Shown here: in pieces, positions 19,098 through 28,723 of the stretch
Numbering within the stretch: position 1 is the stretch's first letter
How the letters are laid out: the number at the start of each line of letters is the position of its first letter
Assembly: GCA_963829525.1 (NCBI GenBank)
Contig: CAWHIJ010000003.1
Span: 2,496,001 to 2,560,000, forward strand
Direction of reading: 5' to 3'
DNA: 64,000 nucleotides
From: an uncultured Actinomycetota bacterium
Lineage (GTDB): Bacteria; Actinomycetota; Actinomycetes; JAHEKZ01
Notes under the pieces: model-generated
The model's input: only the letters and a program-made list of their open reading frames with translations
Told to the model about the DNA's origin: nothing
Database searches by the model: none
Translations under genes and position numbers: made by a program

Positions 19098-19185
19098 GTG
19101 GCTGAACCACTTCGCCTCCTGGTGCTGTGCCCCCTTGCGGGGTCGGACCTTCGTACGGCTCGAGCATCGCGCACCTCCCGTTCCG

Positions 19186-19249
19186 AAAGCGTTACGGCAA
19201 CGGCCCACTTTGAAGAGTTTGGACGCTAGCGCAGTTAAAAGCGTTACGG
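19186..19249. promoter_or_regulatory. 12-bp direct repeat in the divergent promoter region
   Basis: aaagcgttacgg at 19186-19197 and 19238-19249. Confidence 0.6.
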
Positions 19250-19256
19250 TTCCGGC

Positions 19257-21971
19257 GTGAACGAACTCAGGCTGCGGCTGTTCGGCGCCCCCGAGCTCTC
19301 GGTGGCAGGATCCCCGATCACCTTCGACACCCGCAAGGCTGTTGCGCTCATTGCCTACCTGGCGGTCACCGGCCGCCCACAGCGCCGCGAGAGCCTGGCC
19401 GCCCTCCTGTGGCCCGAGTCCGAACAGGGACGCGCCAGGGCGTCGCTGCGCCGAACTCTCTCAGCAGCTGCTGGGGCTGGTCCGGCTCTGATGATCCGTC
19501 GCGGAGAGATCGAGCTCGACACGAAGCAGATCTGGTGCGACGTGGCAGAGTTCGAGGCCCTTGCCTCCAGCGACAGGGCGTCTGCGCTCAGGCAGGCAGC
19601 AGCGTTGGCACCCGAATCCTTTCTCGCCGGGTTCACGTTGCGTGACAGCGCCGAGTTCGACGACTGGACGGCCACCACCGGCGATCGGCTGCGCGAACGC
19701 TTGGTCACGGTGTTGTCACGCGTTGCAGACATCGAAGCCTCCGCTGGCCAGCTCGACGATGCCATCGAAGCTGCCCGTCGGTGGGTCGACCTCGACCCGC
19801 TGAGTGAGGGAGCTCATCGTGCACTCATGCGGCTGTACACCTGGGCTGGTGAGCGTCCGACGGCGCTCAAGCAGTACCGCCAATGTGTTCGCAACCTTGA
19901 CCGAGAACTCGGTGTTGCGCCGCTGCCGGAGACGACTGAGCTCTACGACGACATTCGGGCCAACCGCCTCGATCCCCCGCTTCGGTCGACGACCACGACG
20001 GAGCGTCTCGACCCGCCACCTGCGGGAAGGGTCGCGCTGCCTTCCGCCCAAGTTGTTGCGGGCAGGGATGAAGACTCCGATGCGCTCGAAGCAGCGTGGC
20101 GGTCGGCTTCCCAAGAGGGGGCGAGCGCACTTCTCGTTGGCGCACCGGGGCTCGGACGTACCACGCTTTCGGCTCAACTTCGCAGAAACGTTGAGGACGC
20201 TGGCGGTGCAGCCATCTCACTGCGTGGCCATGCGGCCGAACTGGGACTCGCCTACGCAACGGTCATCGATCTCACGAGGGCACTTTCCGAACGCGACTCA
20301 GAAGTTGCCGATTCCCTGGGCGCCGTCGGCCAGGCTGTCGAGTCACCGGGTGAGCGCGCCCGGCTGTTTGACCTCGTGCGCGATGCCGCCAGCCGGGCAT
20401 TGCGCGGCCCAGTTGCCGGCCTCTTGGTCGTCGACGATGCCCATTGGCTCGACCCCACCTCGTCCGACCTCCTGGGTTACCTACTGCGAAGGCCGCCGGC
20501 TGGGGTGCTGGTGCTTGCGACCCTGCAGAGCGAGGCCTTCGAAGGCTCTACCCTCGATGAGATCGCGACCGTGGTGACTCTGAAGGAGTGGGATACCGAA
20601 CAGACGCGGGAGGCGCTCGTCGCACTCGACGCAGAATCCATCGACCCAACCGAGGCCCATCGGCGCACAGGTGGCAACCCTCGCCTCCTGACCGAGTACG
20701 TCCTGGCCTCTCGCGAAGTCGGTGGCTCTCCCTCAGGTCCGTTCCACGAGCTGGTTGGCGCGCGCTTGAACGCCGCACCAGCCGCCACCCGCCAGACCCT
20801 GGGGTCCACTGCCGTCCTTGGGACCGTGGCTGATCCAGACCTCATTCGGCAGGTAAGTGGGCGCGATGAGGTCGAGACCGTCCAGGCCCTTGAGGACGCC
20901 GTGGCCCGCGGTCTGCTCGTCGAGGATCCCGAACAACATGGATACGACTTCCCGCACGACGCCCTGCGCAACATGGTCATCGAGCGTGTCGGTCTCGCTC
21001 GCCTCCGCCTGCTCCACGGTCGCGCAGCGGACGCGCTCGTGCGGCAGCCTGCCGTCGATGGCGGGGGTGCCCCTGCTGGTCGTGTTGCCCGGCATCTTGC
21101 CCTCGCAGGCCGAGAGCCGGAGGCACGGGACTGGTACTGGATCGCCGCGCAGCAGTCCATCACCCTCTACGCACATCGCGAGGCCCTCGAGCACCTTCGG
21201 TCGGCACTCGCACTCGGTCACGACCCGGCCGTCAACCACGCGGCGACCGGTGACGCGCTTACCTCGCTGGGCCGGTACGACGATGCCCTCACCGCATACG
21301 AGGCGGCGGCAGCTGCAATCGGAGTCGATGACCCGAACCAGCTGGCCGTGGTCGAACACAAGCTGGCCGAGGTGCACGACCGCCTCGGTGACTGGGACGT
21401 GGCCCGCGCGCACCTGGAAAGCGCCGCCGAGCTGCTCGAGCCCAAGGGTGGTCTGGCCATGCGGGCGCAGGTCGCCGCCGACCTAGCCCTGGTGAGTTAC
21501 CGGCAGGGTGACCCAGGCGCAGAGAGGATCGGCGGGCAGGCACTGCACCTCGCGGTGGAGAGTGGCGATGCAGTCTCGATGTCACAGGCCAAGAACGTCC
21601 TAGGGGTACTGGCTTGCGCCAGAGGCGACTGCGACACAGCCGTCGGCTACCTCCAGGAGAGCAGGGACCAAGCGCACGTTGCCGGCAGCACCGAGCTCGA
21701 GGTGGCAGCACTGAACAACCTTGCGCGGTTACACGCGCAGGAAGGCGACCTCGACAAGGCCCTCGAATCAGCTCAAGCGGCCCTGCAGCTCGGACTTGCT
21801 CAAGGAGATCTGCACAGGGCGGCAGCTCTGCACGATCACGTCGCCGACCTCTATCACCGAGCAGGCAGAAATACAGATGCCATGGAGCACCTCAAAGCGG
21901 CCGCCTCGGCCTTCGGGGCGGTCGACGAGGCGCGGGTACGCCCCGAGGTGTGGAAGTTGGTGTCCTGGTAG
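19257..21971 (+). CDS. SARP/AfsR-like regulator: wHTH-BTAD + AAA ATPase + TPR
   Basis: LRLFG...RKAVALIAYLA...LAALLWP; LDPLSEGAHRALMRLY...ELGVAP BTAD; GAPGLGRT and VVDDAHW; TGGNP; TPR-like helices. Confidence 0.9.
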   Translation: MNELRLRLFGAPELSVAGSPITFDTRKAVALIAYLAVTGRPQRRESLAALLWPESEQGRARASLRRTLSAAAGAGPALMIRRGEIELDTKQIWCDVAEFEALASSDRASALRQAAALAPESFLAGFTLRDSAEFDDWTATTGDRLRERLVTVLSRVADIEASAGQLDDAIEAARRWVDLDPLSEGAHRALMRLYTWAGERPTALKQYRQCVRNLDRELGVAPLPETTELYDDIRANRLDPPLRSTTTTERLDPPPAGRVALPSAQVVAGRDEDSDALEAAWRSASQEGASALLVGAPGLGRTTLSAQLRRNVEDAGGAAISLRGHAAELGLAYATVIDLTRALSERDSEVADSLGAVGQAVESPGERARLFDLVRDAASRALRGPVAGLLVVDDAHWLDPTSSDLLGYLLRRPPAGVLVLATLQSEAFEGSTLDEIATVVTLKEWDTEQTREALVALDAESIDPTEAHRRTGGNPRLLTEYVLASREVGGSPSGPFHELVGARLNAAPAATRQTLGSTAVLGTVADPDLIRQVSGRDEVETVQALEDAVARGLLVEDPEQHGYDFPHDALRNMVIERVGLARLRLLHGRAADALVRQPAVDGGGAPAGRVARHLALAGREPEARDWYWIAAQQSITLYAHREALEHLRSALALGHDPAVNHAATGDALTSLGRYDDALTAYEAAAAAIGVDDPNQLAVVEHKLAEVHDRLGDWDVARAHLESAAELLEPKGGLAMRAQVAADLALVSYRQGDPGAERIGGQALHLAVESGDAVSMSQAKNVLGVLACARGDCDTAVGYLQESRDQAHVAGSTELEVAALNNLARLHAQEGDLDKALESAQAALQLGLAQGDLHRAAALHDHVADLYHRAGRNTDAMEHLKAAASAFGAVDEARVRPEVWKLVSW

Positions 21972-22131
21972 GTCTTGATGGCGACGAGTCAGCCTGGTGG
22001 CCAGCAAGGAAGGAGTCGTGCCGAACGGAGTGCCCATCGGCACATCTGCGCACCGCGGAGCGGCAAGCTATCGGCGCTTCGCGCGCGGTTGCCCGAACCG
22101 GAGCCACGGACTCGCGGAGTGAGCGCAGGGG

Positions 22132-22890
22132 TCACACGTGAGCGAGCGCAGTCCAAGCCGTGGCATTGGTGCGGAACGGCGCGGTAGGCAGAATCTGCCG
22201 ACACCGGTCGCGCAAGGCGTCACAACCGGCATCGTCCAGTCCTGCGACGTAGGCACCGGCAGGCCCGACTCCGAGGGTGAACGGATCCCACCAGTCCTCG
22301 AAGCTTGGGTGCTCGACAGTTACCGTCAACGACGAACTGGCGACGTCGGTGAGACCAGCCGTTGCGAACAGTTCCGCCAGGTGGCCTTCGGCCACTCCTG
22401 GAAGGTCGGACTCGTCGGGGGCGGAGGGGTCCAGTGAGCGCGCCGCCGACCAGAACGCCGAGAGCGGACCCTTGTCTCCGGCGTGGTCCCACACGCTTGC
22501 TGCCACGAACCCGCCAGGAGCGGTCGTGCGAGCCATCTGCGTGATACCGCGCACCGGATCGGCCATGAAGTGAACGACCAGCTGCGCTAGGACCACGTCG
22601 AACGATCTGTCCGGAAAGGGTAAGGACTCGGCATCCGAGCGTTGAACGTCCATCGACGGGTACGCGGTTCGCACCACCTCGACGAACGACTCTGAGGGGT
22701 CGACCGCGGATACCCCCTCGACACCGACACGGCTCACAAGAACCTCCGTCAAGGCCCCGGACCCGCAGCCGACATCCAGAACACGCTGGCCAGGCTCGAC
22801 GCCTACCAGGTCGACGAACTGCTCGGCCAACGGCCGGGAGAACCGGCCCATGAACCGACCGTATGCATCAGCACTCACCTCGAACGACAT
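22132..22890 (-). CDS. Class I SAM-dependent methyltransferase
   Basis: VLDVGCGSGALT; AESLPFPDRSFD. Confidence 0.9.
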   Translation of the reverse strand: MSFEVSADAYGRFMGRFSRPLAEQFVDLVGVEPGQRVLDVGCGSGALTEVLVSRVGVEGVSAVDPSESFVEVVRTAYPSMDVQRSDAESLPFPDRSFDVVLAQLVVHFMADPVRGITQMARTTAPGGFVAASVWDHAGDKGPLSAFWSAARSLDPSAPDESDLPGVAEGHLAELFATAGLTDVASSSLTVTVEHPSFEDWWDPFTLGVGPAGAYVAGLDDAGCDALRDRCRQILPTAPFRTNATAWTALAHV

Positions 22891-23236
22891 GTCGCCCATG
22901 TTGCCGTATGCGCTGTCATGCAACAGGTACTCCGGGCATATCGCTAGGACCCTCAGCGGCGCACGCTATCGGCAGGGATGTTGAATCGGCGTACTCCCGC
23001 AAACGTCGGTGAACGAATCCACCAGCTTCGCCGGACCTCACCGGCCGAGCTAGGTCGTCCAGCATCGAGGTCGACCGGCAAAGGCTGTGGACGTCGTCGG
23101 CCATGAACTCCAGCGCCGAGCGCCGGATCAGCCCCTCGACTTTCCCTCTGCCCTCGTCGACCTGGAGCGATGACCGCTCCCTCCGCGTCAACCAGCGTCT
23201 CCTGCGCGCGGAACGAAGACCGGACCTTCCCGGTCG

Positions 23237-24479
23237 TCATCCTCGTACTTCAGCGAGGCGATCCTGAAGAAAGGCCCGCTCAACATCGTTGTCGACAAGC
23301 TCGATCGCCTGCTCGTAGGACCTCGCCGCCTCGCTACGACGGTTCAGCCGCCGCAGAAGATCGGCGCGCGTCGCCGGTAGATAGGCATAGCGGTCCAGCT
23401 GGCCGTCAACCTCAATCCCATCGACGATTGCCAGCCCCTCCTCCGGCCCGCGCATTTCAGCAACGACGACAGCCCTGTTGAGCTCAACCACCGGAGACGG
23501 CCACACTCTCAGCAACACGTCGTACAGGCCCAAGAGTTCAGCCCAGTCGGTCTCCCCATACGACGGCGCCCCCGCATGTACAGCGGCGATAGCCGCCTGC
23601 AGCGCGAACCGACCAGGGGGTCTGCTCATCAGAGCCAGGGCCACGAGAGACCTCCCCTCGTCGATCTGCGCCGCATCCCACCGAGATCGATCCTGGTCCC
23701 TGAGCAATACCAGGCTCCCGCCCGGATCAACCCTCGTCTGCCTTCTGACATCGGTCAGCAGCAGCAGAGCCAGCAAGCCCTGCACCTCTGACTGATACGG
23801 AAGAAGCTGATACAGCATCCGCGCAAGGTCGATCGACCGTTCGACAACTTGGGCATCGACGAGCTCATCTCCGCTGCTCGCCGTGTGACCAGCGGTGAAG
23901 AACAGGTGGATGACGGTGAGAACCGTGTCAAGTCGCTCGGGTAGTTCCGACTCCGCCGGGATGGCAAACGGGATCCGGGCGACCTCGATCTTCTTCTTGC
24001 CTCTGGTGATCCGAGCGGCCATCGTCGACTCAGAAACCAAGAAGGCGCGTGCAATGCGCGGGGTCGAGAGCCCACACACCAGTCGCAGCGTCAGCGCAGC
24101 CTGTGTCTCTGCAGAGAGCGCGGGGTGGCAGCAGGTGAAGACCAGCCGGAGCCGGTCGTCGGTCACCACGCTGTCCTCCAGGACGGTCCGCGGGATCGGG
24201 TTCGTTGACCTCGGGCTCAATCAGCAGGGGGAGTTTGCCGCGAAGAGCCTTATCCCGTCTCAACTGATCCAGGGCTCGGCGGCGGGCCGCCGTGGTCAGC
24301 CACGCGCCGGGGTTATCGGGGACGCCTCGCTCGCCCCATGCCGTGATAGCGGCGACGAAAGCGTCCTGAACACACTCCTCCGCTACGTCAAGACTGCCGG
24401 CGACGCGTACCGTCGCGGCAAGCACGAAGGCCCACTCGCGCCGGTACGCGTCGTCAAGTGCAACAGCGAGCTGGTTCAC
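23237..24479 (-). CDS. ECF42-type sigma factor with C-terminal TPR-like extension (frameshift near 24195)
   Basis: Region 2 AEECVQDAF...NPGAWLTTAARR in one frame; DDRLRLVFTCCHPAL, QDRSRWD, LQAAIAAVH in the next; adjacent DGPF protein. Confidence 0.88.
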
Positions 24480-24835
24480 CCGCCGGATGTGTCGATCACG
24501 GGGCGAACCTCGACGCCACCGCTCGTCGGCAATATCTTGGCGAAAGCGATGGCCTGGTCGAGGTCCTTGGCGTCAATGACGTAGAACCCTCCGAGCGCCT
24601 CCTTGGTCTCGGCAAACGGTCCGTCTGTGACGGACGGCGATCCTGTCGACTGGCCGCGGACCGTTGTCGCCGTCGGCGTCGGCGCCAGTGCCTCCCCGTG
24701 TGAGATCGTCCCGCCAAGCTTGGTGACCTGCTCCGCGAACTCGTTGTGGGCCTTCATCATCAGCGCCCAGTCCTCCTGGGTGGCGTTGGCCATCTCGGAC
24801 TCGTCGCCGAAGATCAGATACATGTACTGCGCCAT
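24476..24835 (-). CDS. YCII-related DGPF protein
   Basis: TDGPFAETKEALGGFY; VEVRPV. Confidence 0.93.
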   Translation of the reverse strand: MAQYMYLIFGDESEMANATQEDWALMMKAHNEFAEQVTKLGGTISHGEALAPTPTATTVRGQSTGSPSVTDGPFAETKEALGGFYVIDAKDLDQAIAFAKILPTSGGVEVRPVIDTSGG

Positions 24836-24874
24836 GGGGTGCTCCTTGGGTATGTGGTGACCTTTCACCACTAC

Positions 24875-24901
24875 GACGAACGAGTCTGCCTTGAATCGAC
24901 A
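24875..24901 (-). promoter_or_regulatory. ECF42-type promoter
   Basis: TGTCGA-N17-CGTC on the minus strand, about 40 bp upstream of the DGPF gene start. Confidence 0.7.
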
Positions 24902-25011
24902 GCTTCCAGAAGTCCCCTGACGTTCGCCTCTTCTGCCGGCGGCTGGAACGAGAGATGCTGATGGTGGTGGTGGATGCCCGTTCCATCACCCGGGGCGGGG
25001 AGGTGAGTTCG

Positions 25012-25434
25012 ATGACAACCACCCTGAAACCACAGACCCAAATCACGCCCGAGCCCGCGACGACTTTGGAGCACGTGGATATTCACCGGGCCCTCGATAT
25101 CCCGACAAGCCCGCCGGTAGCGGCTGAGCCGCCTCGGCGTCGCTGGGCGGGCAAGACGCTTGCGGTCGGGCTGACTGCGGCCCTGCTGGGGCTGGCAGCC
25201 GGGTACGGCGCAGCAGCCTGGAACTACAGCGACCAGATCGATCGCCTGGAGAACCAGACCCAGTTGATGACCCAGGTGCCGTTCGGTGGGTTCGGTTCCG
25301 AGTACGGCGCTGCGCGCGAACATGTCGCGCAGGCTGCGATAGTTGCCGCCCGCACGCCTCAGAGCTTTACCAACGAGTACAGCGCTCCTCGTGAGCACCT
25401 CGTGCTCGCTGAGATCATGGAGGCGAGGGCGTAA
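25012..25434 (+). CDS. Hypothetical single-TM protein with duplicated EYxAxREH motif
   Basis: GGAGG RBS; RRRW then hydrophobic segment; SEYGAAREH and NEYSAPREH. Confidence 0.65.
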   Translation: MTTTLKPQTQITPEPATTLEHVDIHRALDIPTSPPVAAEPPRRRWAGKTLAVGLTAALLGLAAGYGAAAWNYSDQIDRLENQTQLMTQVPFGGFGSEYGAAREHVAQAAIVAARTPQSFTNEYSAPREHLVLAEIMEARA

Positions 25435-25449
25435 GCGCCTATCGACGTC

Positions 25450-25475
25450 GTGGCCGGGAGTTGACTCCCGGCCAC
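25450..25475. terminator. Hairpin between convergent genes
   Basis: gtggccgggagt-tg-actcccggccac. Confidence 0.7.
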
Positions 25476-25487
25476 CGTCGGTCCCAC

Positions 25488-26699
25488 CTACTGGCGGAAC
25501 GGTCCGGTGATCTCGAAGGTCATCCCGTGGACGCCGTCCAGCCCCCGTTGGGAAGTCATGTAGAGCCGGCCGCCATCGGGGCTGAACGCCAGGCCGGTGA
25601 TCTCCGACTCGGGCTTCCAGCTGGACGCCGTGACGACGTCGCCGTCCTGGCCGGGAGAACCGGTTTCGCCGTTGCCGTGACCGACCAGCTGCATAAATGG
25701 CGCAGCCACCCGGTTGCGCTCCCCGTCGGCCAGCAGCACCAACTGCAGGTCATCAGCGTCCTCGCCGACATAGATGTCGCCCGAGGTGTGGTGCACGGTG
25801 ATGCAGTCGGGGTCTCGTAGCGGGGCCGCGTCGCCAAGCTCAGCGGCATCGTAGATGACCTCGATGGCGTCCGTTGTGGCATTGAGCGCCCAGACCTTGT
25901 CGTCACCTGTCGTCGTGAAGTACACGTAGCCGTCCGAGAAGTAGGCACCCTCTCCCCGGTTGAACTCCGTGGTGGCCGACGAGCGCTCCGGCTGCTTGGT
26001 GCTGACCTCGACCCACGAGACCTTGTCGCCGGCACGGTTCACCTTCGCCGCCTCAAGCACACCGGACGACAGGTCGCCGTACTCGTCAGGACGGAAGCGG
26101 TAGAGCCGACCCTTACCGGCGTCCTCGGTGAGGTAGACCCATCCGGTCGCCGGGTCGACGACGGCGGCCTCGTGGGCGTAGCGCCCCAACAGCTTGCGCG
26201 CCACACCCTGGCCCGGCTTCGTTGGGTCGCACTCCCACACGTACCCCTGGCGGAATTCCTCGCCCGAGAGCCAGGTGCCCCAAGGAGTAGCACCTCCCGA
26301 GCAGTTCCACTTCGTACCACCAAGGATCCGGTAGGCGTCCTCGATCTCACCGGCTGCGGAGAACCGGATCGCCGCCACTCCGCCTCCGGTGCCGTTGACC
26401 TCGGAGTTGGCCGTGTAGATCCAGCCGCCGTTGCGCAGCGAGAAGCAGGCAGCCCCGTCCGGCTCGCGGACCCATGGGAACGTGGTCCCGGGGACGAGCT
26501 CATCGGAGTAGCCGATCAGTTTGGCCTTGAAGCCCTTCGGCAGGCGGACGCCATACTGGTCCGCCGCGCCGAGCGGTCCGTAGGGACCGTCCCCGACGAC
26601 CGCCGGCTTGGCGAACGCCTGGCGCCAGAAGCCGAGGCTGAAGGTGAGGGCGGTTGCTCCACCCACGGTCAGTGCTGTGCGACGCGTCATCTCAGTCAT
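25488..26699 (-). CDS. Tat-secreted PhoX/DUF839-like alkaline phosphatase
   Basis: TRRTAL twin-arginine leader; PDG, NSE, NCSGGATPWGTWLSGEE, GRYAHEA, SEITGLAFSPDG..LY.TSQR. Confidence 0.87.
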   Translation of the reverse strand: MTEMTRRTALTVGGATALTFSLGFWRQAFAKPAVVGDGPYGPLGAADQYGVRLPKGFKAKLIGYSDELVPGTTFPWVREPDGAACFSLRNGGWIYTANSEVNGTGGGVAAIRFSAAGEIEDAYRILGGTKWNCSGGATPWGTWLSGEEFRQGYVWECDPTKPGQGVARKLLGRYAHEAAVVDPATGWVYLTEDAGKGRLYRFRPDEYGDLSSGVLEAAKVNRAGDKVSWVEVSTKQPERSSATTEFNRGEGAYFSDGYVYFTTTGDDKVWALNATTDAIEVIYDAAELGDAAPLRDPDCITVHHTSGDIYVGEDADDLQLVLLADGERNRVAAPFMQLVGHGNGETGSPGQDGDVVTASSWKPESEITGLAFSPDGGRLYMTSQRGLDGVHGMTFEITGPFRQ

Positions 26700-26839
26700 G
26701 GGCGAACACTATTTCGTCTACCTGAACGTGGTCTGACATCTCGCCAATATCGCCCCAACGCATCAGGAACGAGTGAGCCTGAATGACTAGTCAGGTACCT
26801 GTGGCGACATCCTGTGGCTACCCGGCCGTCGATCTGAGG

Positions 26840-28709
26840 TCACCAACCGCCACCGCCACCGCCTCCGAATCCACCACCGGAGAACCCGCCACCCCCGGAG
26901 AACCCGCTATGAGAGCTCGCCGCAGCTGCCGAGATCGAGCCTGACGTGTTGACCGAGAATGCCGTGACCGACGAACCGAAGTCGCCGTAGCTGAACGGAT
27001 GTACGCCGACATACCAGCCGACCGCCGGCATCGTGGCCGCCGCGCCACCAGCAGCCGCTAAGGATGCGAACACCTTGGCCCAGCGCTCAGCTTCGCCGAA
27101 CACGATGGCGTAGGGCAGGTAGCGCGAGAAGACGTCGGTGCCCTCCTCGAAACGGATCTGCCCAGCCTCGGCGGTCCCGAGGTAGCGGCGGAACCCGAGG
27201 GTGCGCGCCAAGACAGCGCTCCCCTGCCCGGTTCGCGCCGGCATGGCCCGCGCCGCGAAGAAGACCGCAACGGCGCCAACGATGAGAGCTAATCCGGCAA
27301 TCCCGAAACTGGTGTACCGAGCAAGCAGGTACGTCACACCAATCGCCGCCGCGATCACCGTCAACCCGACAACGCCCCATGCGGTTCTCGTCGAGTCGGG
27401 ACGACGCCGGTACCACTTGCGGTAGACCAGTTCGTCGTAGAGCGAGTCCTCAACTCTGGAAAGGTCATCAGCGAAGGTCCTCTTCAGTTCGGAGAGAAGC
27501 ACCTCGTTGCGCCCCGCGAAGAGCGCGGCGAACAGTTTCTGCTCATAGTCCAACAGCTCGGTGTCGCCACCCTTCAGCTGGACGAGTTGCCAGTCGCGGC
27601 TACTGAAGAGCCCCTCATCCGGTATCTCATCGAATCCGCAAGTACCCGCGAACAGCCAGGTCGACGATCGTGGCGGTGACGTCGAGAACATTCGCCTGCT
27701 CGTCGATCAGAGTTCCGAGGAGCCCAGGTCGCAAGTCGTCGGGCGGTGACCACTCCACAGGGCCTTCTCCGGAGTCACCGAAGGGGCGAACCTCTTCGGC
27801 CATATCTCCGCCGGCGACCGGCGCCAGCCCGGGGATCTGCCCGACATACCGTCGGTCTCGTCCACGTCTGACGAACCAGAAGACGACAGCAGCCCCCGCG
27901 ATGAGCAGCCCCACTGCCGCTCCAATCGTGGCCGGAGTCACAGCAAAGGCCCGCTGCAGCGACCACCGCTGTTCGTACACCGGCGGCGGGACGTCGACCG
28001 CGCCAGAGGGGAGCGCGACGACTACCGAGACGCCAGCGCCGTCGCCGACGCCGTTTTGCCCTGCCTCGACGGAAGTCGACCGGACCAGCAGATCGTCGCA
28101 CTTCTGTGTGCTCCCCAGGTAGCCGGTGAAGCACCGAGCATCCTGCACCGCAGGCGCGTCCACCCGAACCGTCGCCTGCTGGATTGGCACCTTCCACTCA
28201 GTACCGATTGCGTCCCAGTAGAGCTCGTCGTAATTGTCGTACGCGGTGAGAGCCCCTTCGACGCGGTACGTGAGCAGATAAGTCTGGGGTCCCCGGACGG
28301 TCACATCGGGGTCGCCGACGCGAATAGATAAGACGCTGCCTTCCTGTGACACCTCCAGATTGGACGGGGCACCCGAGGGACTCGTCACGTTGATGTCTTC
28401 GATCGCCACGATCCGGTCGTAGCTTTGGTCGATCTCCGTATCAGAGCTGGCGGGCGTGAAGGGCTCTGTCACCGGAAATCGGTTCGGAATGATCCGGTAG
28501 ATGCCGTGGCTGTCATCGGTGAACGTGTAGTCGATCCGTTCGGCGACGTCGAGCGAACCGTCCTGGTTAATCTCGATCGACACCTCGTACTGGTCGATGT
28601 AACCGTCGCCTGCTGCGGCGAACGCCGCAGGGGTGAGCGTCAGAGAGGTGAGAGCGGACCCCACAAACAGGAGCGCCAGTGCAGCAGGCCCAAGTGCTCG
28701 ACGCCGCAT
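26840..28709 (-). CDS. DUF2207 membrane protein (frameshift near 27635)
   Basis: ELYWDAIGTEW; ATIVDLAVRGYL; YLPYAIVFG; Gly-rich GGGFGGGGGGGW end; split across two ORFs. Confidence 0.88.
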
Positions 28710-28723
28710 GACACTCCTCTCGC

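Noticed and set aside
7445-19110. Array as silent cassettes that fuse to the phosphatase by DNA rearrangement (shufflon or phase variation)
   Set aside because: No recombinase or inverted sites nearby. The phosphatase is upstream of the array, so a deletion could not create a sensor-phosphatase fusion. All copies look translationally coupled.
22916-23236. Possible small gene or gene remnant between the methyltransferase and sigma genes
   Set aside because: No recognisable motif or convincing start; cannot support a call.
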